From Candidatus Kapaibacteriales bacterium (GTDB lineage Bacteria > Bacteroidota > Ignavibacteria > Kapaibacteriales > UBA2268), in contig CBFIFP010000005.1 in the NCBI GenBank assembly GCA_965661945.1, positions 101,182-165,181 of the forward strand: a stretch of 64,000 bases of DNA, given 5' to 3'. The number at the start of each line of letters is the position of its first letter. Position 1 is the first letter of the stretch. The position numbers and the translations under genes were made by a program. The notes beneath the pieces are model-generated. The model saw only the letters and a list, made by a program, of their open reading frames with translations. It was not told the DNA's origin and did not search any database. Of this stretch, positions 61,801 through 64,000 are shown piece by piece.

Positions 61801-62080
61801 GAATCTTTGTAATTTCATAATTTATTATTTTTCCAATAATTTTTACAAAGTCATAAAAATTAAAAAAGACTCTATCTTTATATGGTTTTTCAGCTTTATT
61901 CCACAATTTATTTATAAATAATTTTTCGGTATGAAGGCAGAGTTTTTTAGTGGGAAAAATAACTTTTATACTTGATGAATTATTATTTTTTAGATTTTCA
62001 ATAATATTATTTTCTATGATTTCTAAATTATAAAAATCAGATATATTTGTTATTTTTTCATTGAATAGTATATAGTTCAT
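58898..62080 (-). CDS. AddB/RexB-like protein: inactive helicase scaffold plus PD-(D/E)xK nuclease
   Basis: EIEYI...PKDIFIF, GAIEGQFP, LSPT, GTIHHEIL, GIIDRVD...IVDYKS, QMYIY; ATG 62080 likely. Confidence 0.75.
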   Translation of the reverse strand: MNYILFNEKITNISDFYNLEIIENNIIENLKNNNSSSIKVIFPTKKLCLHTEKLFINKLWNKAEKPYKDRVFFNFYDFVKIIGKIINYEITKIPLREEEFFALMEIAYKNTDFTYYSLHNKIPTKKITNLLSNIIWGFIKDGITPEDLKNDLNNNENKIQNKNKLSDIIYIYEELIELTKDFYTENDLLTGIINKIKTDNFDFSSINYIYYLKYFKQFKRREIELLKILFENNLNLIINFDFLEVNHPQKNIYSGINEIITKNVKLEELNNSSDLNNNLSKFLFNYENRLESKFDLTTDFEIAECDDKVSEIEYITKLVKKLIIEDKIEPKDIFIFSRSPQNYSKLLKNSFDNNHIPLNISDRYNLNESPIINLIINYLELINSGFNNKYLFKLLNSPWFKFDNNFDKLEFISITNKYRINFYDYHSRAALIDKYITESNNDNIKNELNLYKHKLKYIFDYFKLKNKTKYQNNELINLITEFIKIINFDYVYSTESISFANEEDIEFHYFYKTREKERIFSAITKFYDVVEDILMFKLKYDEKYENKSEIIIKEFLESLYFNMDRDRFQIRELYDTAVTFTSIEQGRGVKRKVSILCGAIEGQFPIHYRTDEIIGRELKHSEILHNRNEEELFYEFLFPIDNLCEKIYITSASIEGSKSLVQSHFVKEIKRLINFDNLTLKNNIDVNNFNNKYVLLNHKKNIGENDLINSIDLNSKNGCFSNKLSQDAKSKIEKVYNKTLSPTKVDSLKNFPYVFLVQNIMQFYTQNEYDELPENNEIGTIHHEILAKIYQSFSAIIKSNNSYYFYLKSKNNDLEDIHPVNFININNYDSLVNDTIEEVFNNYPVNEFFSFQKYLSKSVIFEILENEKILLNYFKLYPSLFEFNFKNDALVYEYNYSNIDFKFAGIIDRVDLKYENDKLYFGIVDYKSSKNDNAIHKTNLKGKKSFQMYIYLKSMLDILKNNYTIVTEGNEIVITDDIISMAYAYYYPLSELKGKNGLNIYGQEKSFYSLDGRSRNTIDETNLELQETELNNTLQQLIDKDFSNNEFQNKYAKEVNLMIR

Positions 62081-62084
62081 ATTA

Positions 62085-62396
62085 TTACATATTATGGTAT
62101 TTATTAACAAGAGAATTAATTAATTTGATATAAATTAATAATTCATGATTCACAATTTCTTCTGGACTATTACCCTCTTTTGCATAATATTCACATATTT
62201 CCTGATTAATGAGTTTTACTAAACGAATGCAATTGTAATAATGAAAATTATCATTTAATTCATTAAATTTTAATCTATTAATTTCTTTCGCAATATCGTG
62301 TGTAGTTTTTTCTTTAAAATCAGAATTAATTAATTTCAGCGCATATTTTTTAACTAATTTTTTGTCGTGAATAACAATGTCACCAACTTTTAACAT
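62085..62396 (-). CDS. Hypothetical protein
   Basis: 103-codon ORF with ATG, co-oriented in the operon. Confidence 0.55.
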   Translation of the reverse strand: MLKVGDIVIHDKKLVKKYALKLINSDFKEKTTHDIAKEINRLKFNELNDNFHYYNCIRLVKLINQEICEYYAKEGNSPEEIVNHELLIYIKLINSLVNKYHNM

Positions 62397-62447
62397 ATTT
62401 CAAAAACCTTTTTCAATATTTACAAATTTATACAATAATAAAGAATT

Positions 62448-63227
62448 CTACAACTTATCTTTTAATAATCCTGAAATATGTTTCTTAACCATATCATCAA
62501 TTTTTTCGTTTTTAATATCTTCTAAAGCAATATTTATCTCGCCAAAGGTACTTTTGAATTTTTGTAATTCATCATTTGTTTGTTTTAGATAATTAATCAT
62601 ATCAGGGTTGGGGGTTGACAATTCCATATTGATTTTATTCGCTTCTTTAAGACTTTCCACAAGGTTACTCTGAACACCTATCATATCTTTAAAGACATCA
62701 TGCATTTTCTCTAACTGCACAACAACTGAGGCAATATCTCGTCCAATTTCACCAATTTCTAAAAGCAGTTCTTCTTGAGTTGAATTATTATTGTTTTCTT
62801 CAACATAATATGAATCATCTTTTGGTGAGAAAAACATAGTGATAAACATAAGAATCAACATACTGGCTTCAAATAAAACTGAAAAAATTAGCATTTCTAA
62901 AGGCACATAATCAGTAAATCTATTTAAACCTATTACTAATATCAAAAAGGCAGCCCCGAAATATACCAAAGAAAGCACTGAAGAAAAGAAAAACCTGTTA
63001 ATTATTTCTTCTAGCCAAATTCCTGTTCCTCTTAAAAATCCAATTTTATGTAAAATATTAACTTCTTGATTAGTATAATTACCAACATTAAGTTCAGAAG
63101 TGCATATTTTCCAGGTTATATATAATATCTTAAAAGGACTTAATTGCCTCTCGAACCTTAATTCTCTAAAAATAGAGTGAAGCAATTTTCTGCCTTCGAT
63201 ACTTGCTATTGTTTCAATATTTAACAT
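62448..63227 (-). CDS. Two-TM protein with coiled-coil tail, GldL/PorL-like
   Basis: VYFGAAFLIL (TM1), SVLFEASML (Glu in TM2), long C-terminal coiled coil. Confidence 0.5.
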   Translation of the reverse strand: MLNIETIASIEGRKLLHSIFRELRFERQLSPFKILYITWKICTSELNVGNYTNQEVNILHKIGFLRGTGIWLEEIINRFFFSSVLSLVYFGAAFLILVIGLNRFTDYVPLEMLIFSVLFEASMLILMFITMFFSPKDDSYYVEENNNNSTQEELLLEIGEIGRDIASVVVQLEKMHDVFKDMIGVQSNLVESLKEANKINMELSTPNPDMINYLKQTNDELQKFKSTFGEINIALEDIKNEKIDDMVKKHISGLLKDKL

Positions 63228-63231
63228 TATA

Positions 63232-64000
63232 TTATGTCCTTGTTTTGAATATCACTATGATACTAATTATAATAAATACTCCATTTGCCAGCCAGCCGGT
63301 CAAAAGTGGATCTAATCCAATTGCAAATCCTATTTGTTTTCCAACTTGAGTAAAAATCAAGTAAACAAAAGATACAATAAGAGCCGCAGCAATCTGAACA
63401 GCCATTCCCCCTTTTCTTTTAATACTTGCAAAAGGAACTCCAAACAAAATTATTATAATATTAGCAAAAGGAAACGCTCTTTCGGAGTGATAGTTTATCA
63501 GCTGTAGTGTAACATCTTTTCCGCCGACTCTAAGCAATTCTATATATTCCTTTAACTCTTCAAAAGTCATCTCATCATATTCTTTTTTTAATTTTATTAA
63601 CTGCTCATGGTTAATATTCAAATCAACCACTAAAGAATCAAATCTTTGTACATCAATAATCTTGCCATCTCTAACTATTCTTTTAATGCCATTTCGTAAA
63701 GTCCAATTTTTGAGAGAATCGTCCCAATTAATATTAGTTGCCTCAATTATTGAGGATAGATTAGAAGAGTCTTTGGAAACAAACTCATTTATCATAACTC
63801 TTCGGCCGAACATTCCTGAAGAACTATAAAACTGCATAGAAAGATTCTTTTTAGGTGTATCTCTGAAATACAAATCATATATAGAAGTGCTAACTCTATT
63901 TTTTTTCAAATACTCGCGTTCTATTTCTTTTTTTCGTTCATTAGATTTAGGGACAATATTACCATTAAAATAAAATTGCCCAATGCTTAAAAATATTGAA
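63232..64000 (-). CDS. LptF/LptG family permease (3' part; starts beyond the window)
   Basis: EMTFEEL...YHSERAFPFANIIIILFGVPF...GWLAN; the frame continues upstream of the track start. Confidence 0.9.
   Translation of the reverse strand, partial: SIFLSIGQFYFNGNIVPKSNERKKEIEREYLKKNRVSTSIYDLYFRDTPKKNLSMQFYSSSGMFGRRVMINEFVSKDSSNLSSIIEATNINWDDSLKNWTLRNGIKRIVRDGKIIDVQRFDSLVVDLNINHEQLIKLKKEYDEMTFEELKEYIELLRVGGKDVTLQLINYHSERAFPFANIIIILFGVPFASIKRKGGMAVQIAAALIVSFVYLIFTQVGKQIGFAIGLDPLLTGWLANGVFIIISIIVIFKTRT

Noticed and set aside
157-62592. Short antisense or overlapping ORFs in the track (e.g. 157-384, 2509-2793, 25979-26350, 44387-44740)
   Set aside because: They are shadows of well-supported genes and have no motifs of their own

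Overview
Very AT-rich chromosomal window from a Bacteroidota/Chlorobiota-superphylum bacterium. Bacteroidota-type TTTG-N19-20-TAnnTTTG promoters, T9SS genes and retained Shine-Dalgarno motifs suggest Ca. Kapabacteria/Ignavibacteria (inference). Most of it is housekeeping backbone: pdxB, rplY, prs, tRNA-Gln, rpmA/rplU, lptE, cysQ, murQ, rpsT, uppP, ispH, cobB, dinB, mutL, speB, tsaE, trxB, queG, an addB-like gene and lptF/G. Scattered T9SS-related genes are present: PorE-like OmpA, SprE/PorW-like, PorD/DUF4835, an orphan GldL-like protein and three CTD cargo proteins. Notable features: (i) a 13.9-21.4 kb variable zone where accessory genes are separated by three different REP-like palindromes, a nested 467-bp inverted-repeat element and a XerD-type dif half-site; it includes a YadA-repeat/peptidase-S74 fibre with a T9SS tail and a beta-propeller whose CTD differs sharply in GC. 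(ii) Three parS sites at 22.5-24.6 kb. (iii) A mosaic McrBC restriction locus. (iv) A stand-alone CADD-type diiron protein. (v) An ECF sigma factor with an anti-sigma ending in an outer-membrane beta-barrel. (vi) Three broken genes, a gene remnant and a queG without a canonical start codon. No CRISPR array, rRNA, transposase or integrase was seen. All calls come from motif recognition by eye; no searches were run.
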